Positions 1 through 7,449 of a stretch of 22,255 nucleotides of DNA are shown in pieces (the first letter of the stretch is position 1; each line of letters opens with the position of its first letter). The stretch comes from Campylobacterota bacterium (GTDB lineage: Bacteria > Campylobacterota > Campylobacteria > Campylobacterales > Sulfurovaceae): assembly GCA_034722955.1 (NCBI GenBank), contig JAYEOM010000025.1, positions 1 through 22,255 of the forward strand, read 5' to 3'. The translations under genes and the position numbers were made by a program. The notes under the pieces are model-generated. The model was not told the DNA's origin and did no database searches. It worked only from the letters and a program-made list of their open reading frames with translations.

Positions 1-160
1 AGTAGTTATGGATAGTGATAGCCAAACTTTGAGCATAAAAGCACATCAACTCTTCAAAATATTTGTAATCTTCTGCTTCATTGAAAACAACTCTTTGTTC
101 TACACCTCTATTGATGATATGATAATATCCTGCTATCTCTATGCGTGGTTTTCTTGGCAT
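1..160 (-). CDS. REP-associated tyrosine transposase (RAYT/TnpA-REP, IS200-like Y1 HUH family), 5' part; runs off the window
   Basis: Manual translation from ATG at 160 gives MPRKPRIEIAGYYHIINRGVEQRVVFNEAEDYKYFEELMCFYAQSLAITIHNY..., the typical RAYT N-terminus (MPRxxR..YH(I/V)xNRG..IF...D). AAGGA RBS just upstream. The HUH motif would lie outside the window. Confidence 0.85.
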   Translation of the reverse strand, partial: MPRKPRIEIAGYYHIINRGVEQRVVFNEAEDYKYFEELMCFYAQSLAITIHNY

Positions 161-193
161 CGGCTAATCCTTTGTGAGGATTGTGGTGTAGTT

Positions 194-274
194 TAGATTA
201 TAGTAGCATTAGCATCACCTGACCCCTCTACCTATAGATTATAGTAGCATTGGCATCACCTGACCCCTCTACCT
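194..274. repeat. Tandem direct repeat, two 40-bp copies with a 41-bp period
   Basis: TAGATTATAGTAGCATT(A/G)GCATCACCTGACCCCTCTACCT at 194-233 and 235-274, one mismatch. Confidence 0.95.
197..202 (-). promoter_or_regulatory. Putative -10 box for the RAYT gene (duplicated at 238-243)
   Basis: TATAAT on the minus strand ~37 nt upstream of the RAYT ATG, present in both repeat copies. Confidence 0.45.
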
Positions 275-601
275 CAAGAGGTAGAGCAAAATCATAAAAT
301 TGCACTCTCTAGCATCGTAGTTTCAGAACTGCTTTATGGTGCAACTAAAAAAGATAATCCAAAACTGATGAGAGTTATTTCTGCTTTTGTAGATAACTTT
401 ATTATTTATGATTACTCTAAAATTTCAGCACAATCTTATGCCAATGTTCGTACAGATTTAGAGAAAAAAGGGAAGATTATAGAAGCTAATGATTTACTGA
501 TTGCTTCTCATGCTTTGAGCCTTGGTGCTGTTTTAGTTACAAATAACAGAAGAGAGTTTGAGCGAGTAGAGAAGTTGGTTTCAGAAGACTGGAGTCTTTA
601 A
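275..601 (+). pseudogene. vapC: VapC/PIN-domain toxin, N-terminally truncated
   Basis: The frame of ORF 368-601 extends upstream as QEVEQNHKIALSSIVVSELLYGA... and contains PIN motifs (SEL.YG, NDLLIASHA, LVTNN.REF, EDW). An in-frame TAG at 245-247 and no proper start mean the N-terminal LDTN catalytic motif is missing. No vapB seen. Confidence 0.85.
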
Positions 602-654
602 GTTATTGGTTTCCAGCTCCTTAAAATACTCTACCTCCCAACTAAAAATTAGAC

Positions 655-694
655 AAAAAAAGGTGTTCAGAGCAATAGCCCTAAACACCTTTTT
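655..694. terminator. Intrinsic terminator-like hairpin, potentially bidirectional
   Basis: A7-GGTGTTCAGAGC-AATA-GCCCTAAACACC-T5: imperfect stem with an A-tract and a T-tract, between convergent vapC and the FxLYD gene. Confidence 0.7.
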
Positions 695-751
695 ATCCTA
701 GCAAAGCTTGGTAATCAGTCAAGCTCTATAAAGGAAGTTTACTTGAAACCT
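655..751 (-). ncRNA. Candidate small RNA (~97 nt)
   Basis: Minus-strand extended -10 TGCTATAGT (766-758), an A at 751 at typical TSS spacing, internal hairpin AGCTTG/CAAGCT (705-725) and a terminator ending in U7. Confidence 0.4.
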
Positions 752-770
752 GAATGTACTATAGCAGAAA

Positions 771-1376
771 TCACTTATTATTTTTCTTAGTAATTGCATC
801 TGCTATTTTGGACAATTCACCATTTTGTTTTTTTATCAATTCCACTTGACTGTCCATTAAGTTGATGAGTCTCTCTTGTCCTGAACCCTTCCCTTGGTAC
901 TTTCTCATAAGGAAAATAAATATGGCAAAAAAGATGATAATAGGCAACATCATACCTATAAGTTCACTTATAAATCCACTTTTTTCTTTGGGGTCTCTTT
1001 TGTTGCAAGGTTTATCCTGTTTGGCATCTAAAATACGAACTTTTTGTGAAGCATACAACTCTTTTTCATGTGCAGCTAAAGTTTGTACTTTGAATACAGC
1101 TTTCTCTTTAGGAGCGATTGTTGTTCCATATAAAAATTTATTAGCTACATCAATAACTTCTCCATTCTTATTAAAAAACTGAACTTCGATTGTGACATTT
1201 TCAAGTGAATACTCTCCATTATTTTGAACATGTCCTATTGTGAAAAGATAAGATGAATCAGAATAAGAGCGATAATTATATTTTGCATCTACAATCTCCC
1301 CACCATAACTATCTGCAAAAAGAGAACCCGACATAAAGAGTAAACAAAACAGTATAAATGTACGCAACATTTTCAT
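771..1376 (-). CDS. FxLYD-domain membrane protein (signal peptide, FxLYD Ig-like domain, FtsH-TM2-like helix, short coiled-coil tail)
   Basis: GGAGG RBS precedes ATG at 1376 (the ORF-track start at 1388 is a TTG overlapping the RBS). Signal peptide MKMLRTFILFCLLFMSGSLFA; G.V.N.G...LENVTIEVQFFNKNGEVID...IAPKEKAVF matches the FxLYD pattern; C-terminal hydrophobic helix followed by RKYQ. Confidence 0.8.
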   Translation of the reverse strand: MKMLRTFILFCLLFMSGSLFADSYGGEIVDAKYNYRSYSDSSYLFTIGHVQNNGEYSLENVTIEVQFFNKNGEVIDVANKFLYGTTIAPKEKAVFKVQTLAAHEKELYASQKVRILDAKQDKPCNKRDPKEKSGFISELIGMMLPIIIFFAIFIFLMRKYQGKGSGQERLINLMDSQVELIKKQNGELSKIADAITKKNNK

Positions 1377-1465
1377 AACTTCCTCCAATTAAATATATAT
1401 TATCAATTACAACACCTTAGCCAAAAAAACCCCAGCTAAAGCGAAGCTGTAGTAATCTTCCAGTT

Positions 1466-1486
1466 AGGCTACCCCAATGAAATAAA
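1466..1486. mobile_element. Solo terminal-inverted-repeat remnant of the MITE family at 21921-22095
   Basis: AGGCTACCCCAATGAAATAAA is 21/21 identical to the reverse complement of the outer part of the right TIR (22075-22095). Confidence 0.75.
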
Positions 1487-1633
1487 ACTACATAAAATAA
1501 TAACCAAACTCAATATAATCATAGATAAAATACCCTCAAACAATTAGAGTCAATCTCAACAGCAATATTGAGCATGGAAGGGAGAAGCAGTAGAGCAGTA
1601 GGGGTCAGTAACAACTACAACTAATAAGTTTGC

Positions 1634-1662
1634 TAGTTCCCACCATCTTGGTGGGAATTCAT
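1634..1662. repeat. REP-like palindrome
   Basis: TTCCCACCA-TCT-TGGTGGGAA (1637-1657), a perfect 9-bp stem in a GTTCCCAC...GTGGGAAT context, ~60 bp downstream of the ftsH stop. Confidence 0.55.
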
Positions 1663-1720
1663 ATGAGATATGCAATTGCAAAATGAGGTATGCTTCCTTA
1701 AAGTTAAAGGGGAAAATCCA

Positions 1721-3676
1721 TTAACTCTTTTTCTCTTTCTCTTCACTCTCAACTTTGTCTGTATGTGCTAAACGGCTAGGCATTCCCATCTTCTCTTCAT
1801 AGGCTTGTATGATACTGCGAACTTTTGTACCTTCGATCACTTCAGTCTCAAGAAGACTCTGTGTCATATCTTCGATAGCTCCATTATACTCTTTGAGAGT
1901 ATTTTTGACATGTATATAGTGCTCTTCAAGTTGACTTTTGACTTCATTGTCGATCTGCTCTGCCATCTTTTCACTATAGTCTTTTTGCGACATACCGCCA
2001 CCCAAGAAGCTATTTTGTGACTTTTCAAGAACCATCAATCCTGCTACATCACTCATACCATACATAGTGATCATATCTTTCAAGATAGCAGTTGCTCTCT
2101 GGAGATCATTGCCGGCACCTGTAGATATCTCTCCCAAGAAGACCTCTTCGGCAGCTCTACCACCCAGCAGTACATCGATCTCTGCTAAAAGCTCATGCTT
2201 CTGTTTGAGAAAACGGTTCTCTTCATCTGGGAGGTGAAGTGTGTAACCCAATGCACCAAGCCCACGAGGGATGATCGATACTTTGGTGACGCGTGTGGCA
2301 CCCTTGGTGAGCTCTGCCATGAGAGCATGACCACTCTCATGATATGAGACGATCTTCTTCTCTAGCTCATTGATCTTGCGATTTTTCTTCTCTAAACCGA
2401 CAAATGCTCTCTCTATAGACTCCATCATATCTGACTGATCTATCTCTTTTTTGTTTTGGCGACCTGCCAAAAGGGCTGCCTCATTGATGATATTGGCTAG
2501 ATCAGCTCCTGCAAGTCCAGCAGTTGATTTGGCTATGATAGCCATATCTACCTTGTCTGATAGCTTGACATCTGTACTGTGAACTTTCAAAATCTCCAGT
2601 CTACCCTCATAATCAGGCTTGTCTACTAGTACTTGACGGTCAAATCGACCGGCACGCAGAAGTGCTGCATCAAGAATCTCAGGTCTATTGGTAGCAGCCA
2701 ATACGATGACTGGTGTATCAGTTCCGAAGCCATCCATCTCAGCTAGAAGTTGATTGAGTGTCTGTTCTCTCTCATCATTTCCTCCCATATTGGCTCCTGA
2801 TGCACGGCTCTTACCGATAGCATCTATCTCATCGATAAATATAATAGCTGGTGCCTCTTTTTTGGCTTGTTCAAACAGATCTCTTACACGGCTCGCACCA
2901 ACACCGACAAACATCTCGATGAAGCTTGATCCGTTGACTGAGAAGAATGGTACTGAGGCTTCTCCTGCTACTGCTTTGGCAAGTAGTGTTTTGCCTGTAC
3001 CTGGAGGACCTACTAGAAGTACACCTTTTGGTATCTTCGCACCAAGCTCTATATACCTCTCTGGATATTTGAGAAAATCTACGATCTCCTTGACTTCATC
3101 TTTTGCCTCTTCTACCCCGGCTACATTTGAAAATCTTGTTTCAGGTTTCTCTGAGTTGATCAGTTTGCCAGCTTTTCCTACTCCAAGGATACCACCTCCC
3201 ATGCCTTTTTGCATGCGTTTTGCCAAAAATATCCAAATCGCAAAAAAGATCAATATCGGCAACATCATTCCGACCAGCTCTGAGAGCCAGCCAGCACCTA
3301 TCATCCCCTCATATTTGATATTTTTCTCTTCCAAGAGAGGTATCAAATCCTTATCGATAGCAGGGATATTCTGGGCTACATAACGAACTTTTTGTCCACT
3401 ATCGCTACTGATCGCTTCGATAGAAGATGAAGTTAGTTTGACTGTCGTTATCTTACCCTCTCTGATGAGTTTTTTGATATCAGAGTAGGCTACCTGTTTA
3501 GTTCTTGATACTTGTTTGTTATCATCGACCATACTGCCCAAACCTTCACCATCACCTACTACAGCTTTGAAGATGAGTATAATGATGATGGAAAAAAGTG
3601 CAAAGGCGAGCAGCGGATTGTTGTTGAAAAAATTGTTATTGTCGTTGTTGTTGTTCTGGTTGTTCTGGTTACTCAT
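1721..3676 (-). CDS. ftsH: ATP-dependent zinc metalloprotease FtsH
   Basis: Two N-terminal TM helices, Walker A GPPGTGKT, Walker [37 protein letters not shown] zinc motif HESGH. Likely start is ATG at 3676 after AAGGA, overlapping the prmA stop. Confidence 0.98.
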   Translation of the reverse strand: MSNQNNQNNNNDNNNFFNNNPLLAFALFSIIIILIFKAVVGDGEGLGSMVDDNKQVSRTKQVAYSDIKKLIREGKITTVKLTSSSIEAISSDSGQKVRYVAQNIPAIDKDLIPLLEEKNIKYEGMIGAGWLSELVGMMLPILIFFAIWIFLAKRMQKGMGGGILGVGKAGKLINSEKPETRFSNVAGVEEAKDEVKEIVDFLKYPERYIELGAKIPKGVLLVGPPGTGKTLLAKAVAGEASVPFFSVNGSSFIEMFVGVGASRVRDLFEQAKKEAPAIIFIDEIDAIGKSRASGANMGGNDEREQTLNQLLAEMDGFGTDTPVIVLAATNRPEILDAALLRAGRFDRQVLVDKPDYEGRLEILKVHSTDVKLSDKVDMAIIAKSTAGLAGADLANIINEAALLAGRQNKKEIDQSDMMESIERAFVGLEKKNRKINELEKKIVSYHESGHALMAELTKGATRVTKVSIIPRGLGALGYTLHLPDEENRFLKQKHELLAEIDVLLGGRAAEEVFLGEISTGAGNDLQRATAILKDMITMYGMSDVAGLMVLEKSQNSFLGGGMSQKDYSEKMAEQIDNEVKSQLEEHYIHVKNTLKEYNGAIEDMTQSLLETEVIEGTKVRSIIQAYEEKMGMPSRLAHTDKVESEEKEKKS

Positions 3677-4499
3677 TGGTTTCCTTATGATAGACGAGAG
3701 TGATCCACTCATCTTTCTGTTTTTGTTCGATTAGTGTTAGCTCTGCAAACGAGGGGAGAACTAAAGGTAGTTTTGTATCTAAAATTCCCGAAAGTATCAA
3801 AGTGCCTCCCGATTTAGTTGCATTTTTTAAGTCAGATGCAATAAAACGAAGTACATCAGCTATGATATTGGCGATGACTATATCATATCCACCATTGGCT
3901 TTGTTGGCTGAACCCTCCCAGAGTTTGCTATAGTATACATCATTTAGGATGAAGTTCTCATCACAGCTTGTCACCGAGAGAGGATCAGTGTCACAGAGTT
4001 CAACCGTAGCTCCTAGTTTGGTGCAGGCGAGTCCGAGTATACCGCTACCGCAGCCTACATCCAAAATCCGTTCATGGCCTTTGACTATATCACCAATCAC
4101 CTCTAGGCATGTGTGTGTCGTAGCGTGATGCCCTGAGCCAAAAGCCAATGCTGGGTCTATTTTGATATTGATCTTATCCACTTTGGGTTCAAACCAACTG
4201 GGGTATATGTAAAACTCTCCCGCCTCTATAGGCTGTATAGAGTCTTGATACTGCTTGATCCAATCTCTGTTTTCCATCTCTTCAAGTAAGAAGTCTATCT
4301 CTATACTATTGCCCAAAGTAGCAATAAGTGCTTCAACGGACTCCTTGACACGAACAAGACTGTTTTCACTTCTGAGGATGATCTTATCCTTCCCAATCTC
4401 TAGTGTATCATCAAAAATATTGGCAACAAAATCTGCAATGAAGTCAACATATTGCTCTTCAAGTGATATGGTGAGTTCCTGATAAGTCTCTTGCATCAT
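3669..4499 (-). CDS. prmA: Ribosomal protein L11 methyltransferase
   Basis: [18 protein letters not shown] motif [23 protein letters not shown]; adjacent to ftsH as in other Campylobacterota. Confidence 0.95.
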   Translation of the reverse strand: MMQETYQELTISLEEQYVDFIADFVANIFDDTLEIGKDKIILRSENSLVRVKESVEALIATLGNSIEIDFLLEEMENRDWIKQYQDSIQPIEAGEFYIYPSWFEPKVDKINIKIDPALAFGSGHHATTHTCLEVIGDIVKGHERILDVGCGSGILGLACTKLGATVELCDTDPLSVTSCDENFILNDVYYSKLWEGSANKANGGYDIVIANIIADVLRFIASDLKNATKSGGTLILSGILDTKLPLVLPSFAELTLIEQKQKDEWITLVYHKETNE

Positions 4500-5209
4500 C
4501 TCCCCCCCGCTACTCTAAATGCCTCTTTGAGATCCAGAGTACCCTCATAAAAGGCTTTACCTACGATGGTGCCGTAGGCATCAGCATCTATGAGTTTATG
4601 GATATCCTCTATATCTTTGACTCCTCCGCTAGCGATAGTATCCAAGCCGCTTGCTTTGGCAATCTCTAGAGTAAAGTCAACATTGACACCACTGAGCATC
4701 CCATCTCGACCTACATCAGTGCAGATGATAGCTTCTACACCGGCATCGGCAAACTCTCTAGCAAGATCTGTAGCTTTCATCTCGCTCACCTCTGCCCAGC
4801 CCTCTACAGCAACCATCCCATCGATAGCATCAATACCCACTACTATAGGGTACTTGACAGCCATAGCTTTGACAAACTCTGGATCTTTGACTGCCACAGA
4901 CCCCAATATAAGTCTATCCACGCCAAGATCAAGATACATTTTGATCGTCTCCTCATCGCGAATACCACCACCTAACTCCATCTGGAGATTGCAGTTTTCT
5001 CTGATCTTCCTGATCTGATCCAAGTTTTCAGGCTTCCCTGCAAATGCTCCATTGAGGTCTACTAGATGAAGCCACTCACTCCCCAACTCTTCAAATCTCT
5101 TGGCAACTTGCCACGGCTCATCACTGTATATCTTGGCAGACTCCATTATCCCCTTGCTTAACCTTACGGCTTTGCCGTCTTTGAGGTCTATTGCTGGTAG
5201 TATTGTCAT
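4496..5209 (-). CDS. hisA: ProFAR isomerase HisA
   Basis: [58 protein letters not shown]. Confidence 0.97.
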   Translation of the reverse strand: MTILPAIDLKDGKAVRLSKGIMESAKIYSDEPWQVAKRFEELGSEWLHLVDLNGAFAGKPENLDQIRKIRENCNLQMELGGGIRDEETIKMYLDLGVDRLILGSVAVKDPEFVKAMAVKYPIVVGIDAIDGMVAVEGWAEVSEMKATDLAREFADAGVEAIICTDVGRDGMLSGVNVDFTLEIAKASGLDTIASGGVKDIEDIHKLIDADAYGTIVGKAFYEGTLDLKEAFRVAGGR

Positions 5210-5770
5210 TTATTCATCTCCTTTGAATAGGTTTTTTAGTTTTTGTTTTAATTCGTTGAAGTTTTGGTGTTCAAAAGCATAAGGCTTATCAGGTTTTGTC
5301 AAATTATGAAGTTCTGTTAAGATATTTTTATCAACAGCCTTAGAATTAAGTTCTGAACACTCTCTAAAGCCCTCATAACACTTTTTGATCTTATCATCTA
5401 CAGTAGAGAGTAGTAGGGATTCAAAAGAACCCTTTTTTGTAATTGGATCACAAGCGAGATAATAGTCGCTTATAGTTTCTATATTAAGTTCTTTTTGTAG
5501 TGTTTTAATCTTCTCAACTGTATTTTCTATGCCACATAGGGATTGATCATTCTTGGAGTCATCTACATCAACAACAAAAAGAACTTGTTGTACAAATCCA
5601 TCCTCGATTTTTTTTAATAAAATAGTATACTGCTCTATGTCCTTATTGACCAAAAAACTTTTACCACCTGTTGATATAAAACCTTCATCTATAAATGATA
5701 TTTCTAAAAAAGTGAGTAATTTTTTGATATTTTTAACATCAGTTACACCTTCACAAACTATCTTTACCAT
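5210..5770 (-). CDS. TOPRIM-like protein (DUF3226/DUF4276-like), partner of the upstream ATPase
   Basis: N-terminal IVCEGVTD and LFVVDVD match the TOPRIM E...DxD pattern; GSFESLL resembles the G.LE motif of OLD-type TOPRIMs; AT-rich; start overlaps the ATPase stop. Confidence 0.65.
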   Translation of the reverse strand: MVKIVCEGVTDVKNIKKLLTFLEISFIDEGFISTGGKSFLVNKDIEQYTILLKKIEDGFVQQVLFVVDVDDSKNDQSLCGIENTVEKIKTLQKELNIETISDYYLACDPITKKGSFESLLLSTVDDKIKKCYEGFRECSELNSKAVDKNILTELHNLTKPDKPYAFEHQNFNELKQKLKNLFKGDE

Positions 5771-6738
5771 CCTCTGACCTCGTGGTTTTGTTCTAGTTCA
5801 CTCAAAAACTGTTTTTGATTCCAAACAAGTGCCTTGAGTTTATTTTTTGGATTTCTTGCCATTGTAATCATGGCTATCTCCTCATCCTTCAACCTCTTAG
5901 CAACTCTAGCATAAGACTCTATACACTCTTTAGAGTGTGTAGTGGCGAAGAGTTGAACATTTTGTTGTTTTGAAATAGTGAGAATGATTTCCCATAGTTT
6001 ATCTAGGTTTGTGTAGTGGATACCGTTTTCGATTTCGTCTATAAAAACATAAGAATCACTACAGGCATATAGTGCTGATATAATACTTATGTAGTTTCTC
6101 AAACCATCACCGAATTCACTTAATCTTAGATAATCTTTCTTATCTTTTGTTTTACACTCTGGGCTATCATTAAATATTTTAAATTTTTCAATACTACTGT
6201 CAAAGCTATTAAGATACTTATTCAATAGTTCTTCTTTGTCTCGCCTTTGAACCTCTATATATATTTTTTTTAGATGTTTGTTTGTAAAGCCTTTTCCATC
6301 TACAAACAATATAGAAGTTGTCAGTTCTCTTCTGTAGGGGAAATCATCAACACTAATTATACTTTCATCTTTATTGATATTGAATTTGTACTCTTTTTTT
6401 CTACCATCTTGATCTATTAATTTATATTGAATATTATTAATGTTCGTTTTTACAGAATAATTTTTAATATTCTCGAAAAAAACTATATCATCTTTCAAGC
6501 TAAATAGCTTATTTATATATTCTAATTTTTCTCTGACATAGGTTACATACATCAAAGTAGTATATAGTGTATCTATATTTTTTGTATATATATTTGTGCA
6601 GCACGCCTCCATAAAAGCTGTCTTCCCTACATTATTTTTCCCACCAATCAAATTAACCCGACCAAATCCCTCTGCACTAAAATTTTCAAAACATTTGAAG
6701 TTTTTGATTTCTATATTTTTGATGAAATGGTCGTTCAT
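5764..6738 (-). CDS. ABC-type ATPase (AAA_15/AAA_21-like)
   Basis: IEIKNFKCF start, Walker A GKNNVGKT, signature-like FGDG, Walker B/D-loop VFIDEIENGIH, H-loop ATTHS; AAGGAG RBS. Confidence 0.85.
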   Translation of the reverse strand: MNDHFIKNIEIKNFKCFENFSAEGFGRVNLIGGKNNVGKTAFMEACCTNIYTKNIDTLYTTLMYVTYVREKLEYINKLFSLKDDIVFFENIKNYSVKTNINNIQYKLIDQDGRKKEYKFNINKDESIISVDDFPYRRELTTSILFVDGKGFTNKHLKKIYIEVQRRDKEELLNKYLNSFDSSIEKFKIFNDSPECKTKDKKDYLRLSEFGDGLRNYISIISALYACSDSYVFIDEIENGIHYTNLDKLWEIILTISKQQNVQLFATTHSKECIESYARVAKRLKDEEIAMITMARNPKNKLKALVWNQKQFLSELEQNHEVRGW

Positions 6739-6778
6739 TTGGTCTCCTTTTGGATGATGGTGTTCGATAAAATTGAAC

Positions 6779-7390
6779 CTACAGGTTTACGAAATTTTCT
6801 ATGATTTTCAAGCCATTCTTATGGCTTTTTTCTGGGTGGGGTTGGATGCCGTAGATGTTGTTATGGTTGACTGCACTTACGAACTCATAGCCGTAGTAGC
6901 TCTTACCTATGGCGTATCTGTCATCACATACCGCGTGAAATGAGTGGACAAAGTAGAGATAGAACTCTTTCTCCAATCCCTTAAATAGTGGAGAGTCATT
7001 CTGTTTAAACATCTCATTCCAGCCCATATGAGGCACTTTGAGCGGGTGGTCAAACTTCTCTTCATCGAAAGCCACTACTCTGCCCTCTATCACTCCTAGC
7101 CCCTCACTATTGCCAAACTCTTCACTGTTATCAAAGAGTAGCTGCATACCCAAGCATATTCCTAGTAGGGGTTTGCCGCTAGATGCAAACTCTCTGACTG
7201 CCCTATCCATACCTCTCTCTCGCAGATGCTCCATAGCATCACCGAAGGCACCCACTCCTGGAAGGATGAGCTTGTCATACTCTTGGAGTCTGTCAGGGTC
7301 ACTCTCTACACGAGTGTCGGCTCCCACTTTTGCAAAGGCATTGATAACAGAAGCGAGGTTTCCCATATTGTAGTCAACGATACCGATCAT
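6779..7390 (-). CDS. hisH: Imidazole glycerol phosphate synthase glutaminase subunit
   Basis: VDYNMGNL, LPGVGAF, LGICLGMQ (catalytic Cys), PHMGWN, YFVHSF, QPHPEKS. Confidence 0.97.
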   Translation of the reverse strand: MIGIVDYNMGNLASVINAFAKVGADTRVESDPDRLQEYDKLILPGVGAFGDAMEHLRERGMDRAVREFASSGKPLLGICLGMQLLFDNSEEFGNSEGLGVIEGRVVAFDEEKFDHPLKVPHMGWNEMFKQNDSPLFKGLEKEFYLYFVHSFHAVCDDRYAIGKSYYGYEFVSAVNHNNIYGIQPHPEKSHKNGLKIIENFVNL

Positions 7391-7432
7391 TGTAAAATTT
7401 CCTTTTCTGCTTTATGAGGCTAAATTAATGTG

Positions 7433-7441
7433 ATTATATCA
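7433..7441 (-). promoter_or_regulatory. Putative extended -10 promoter of hisH
   Basis: TGATATAAT on the minus strand ~43 nt upstream of the hisH ATG. Confidence 0.55.
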
Positions 7442-7449
7442 AATAAAGC

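Noticed and set aside
8..196. 62-aa plus-strand ORF
   Set aside because: It is antisense to the RAYT 5' end, which has a recognisable motif and RBS; a shadow ORF.
194..274. Possible CRISPR array
   Set aside because: Only two copies separated by 1 bp, no spacers and no cas genes in the window.
368..601. Intact 77-aa small protein
   Set aside because: PIN homology continues upstream of this Met, so it is an internal Met of a truncated vapC.
909..968. Recent DNA duplication or misassembly of an ftsH segment
   Set aside because: Most synonymous positions differ from ftsH 3224-3283, so it is not a recent nucleotide copy; kept as a protein-level finding.
2754..3383. 209-aa antisense ORF within ftsH, and similar antisense ORFs in hisA, hisH, glyA and malic enzyme
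   Set aside because: They mirror conserved genes on the opposite strand and have no recognisable motifs.
3618..3676. Asn/Gln-rich AAC repeats at the FtsH N-terminus as a contingency locus
   Set aside because: Imperfect in-frame trinucleotide low complexity in a cytoplasmic tail; length changes would not shift the frame.
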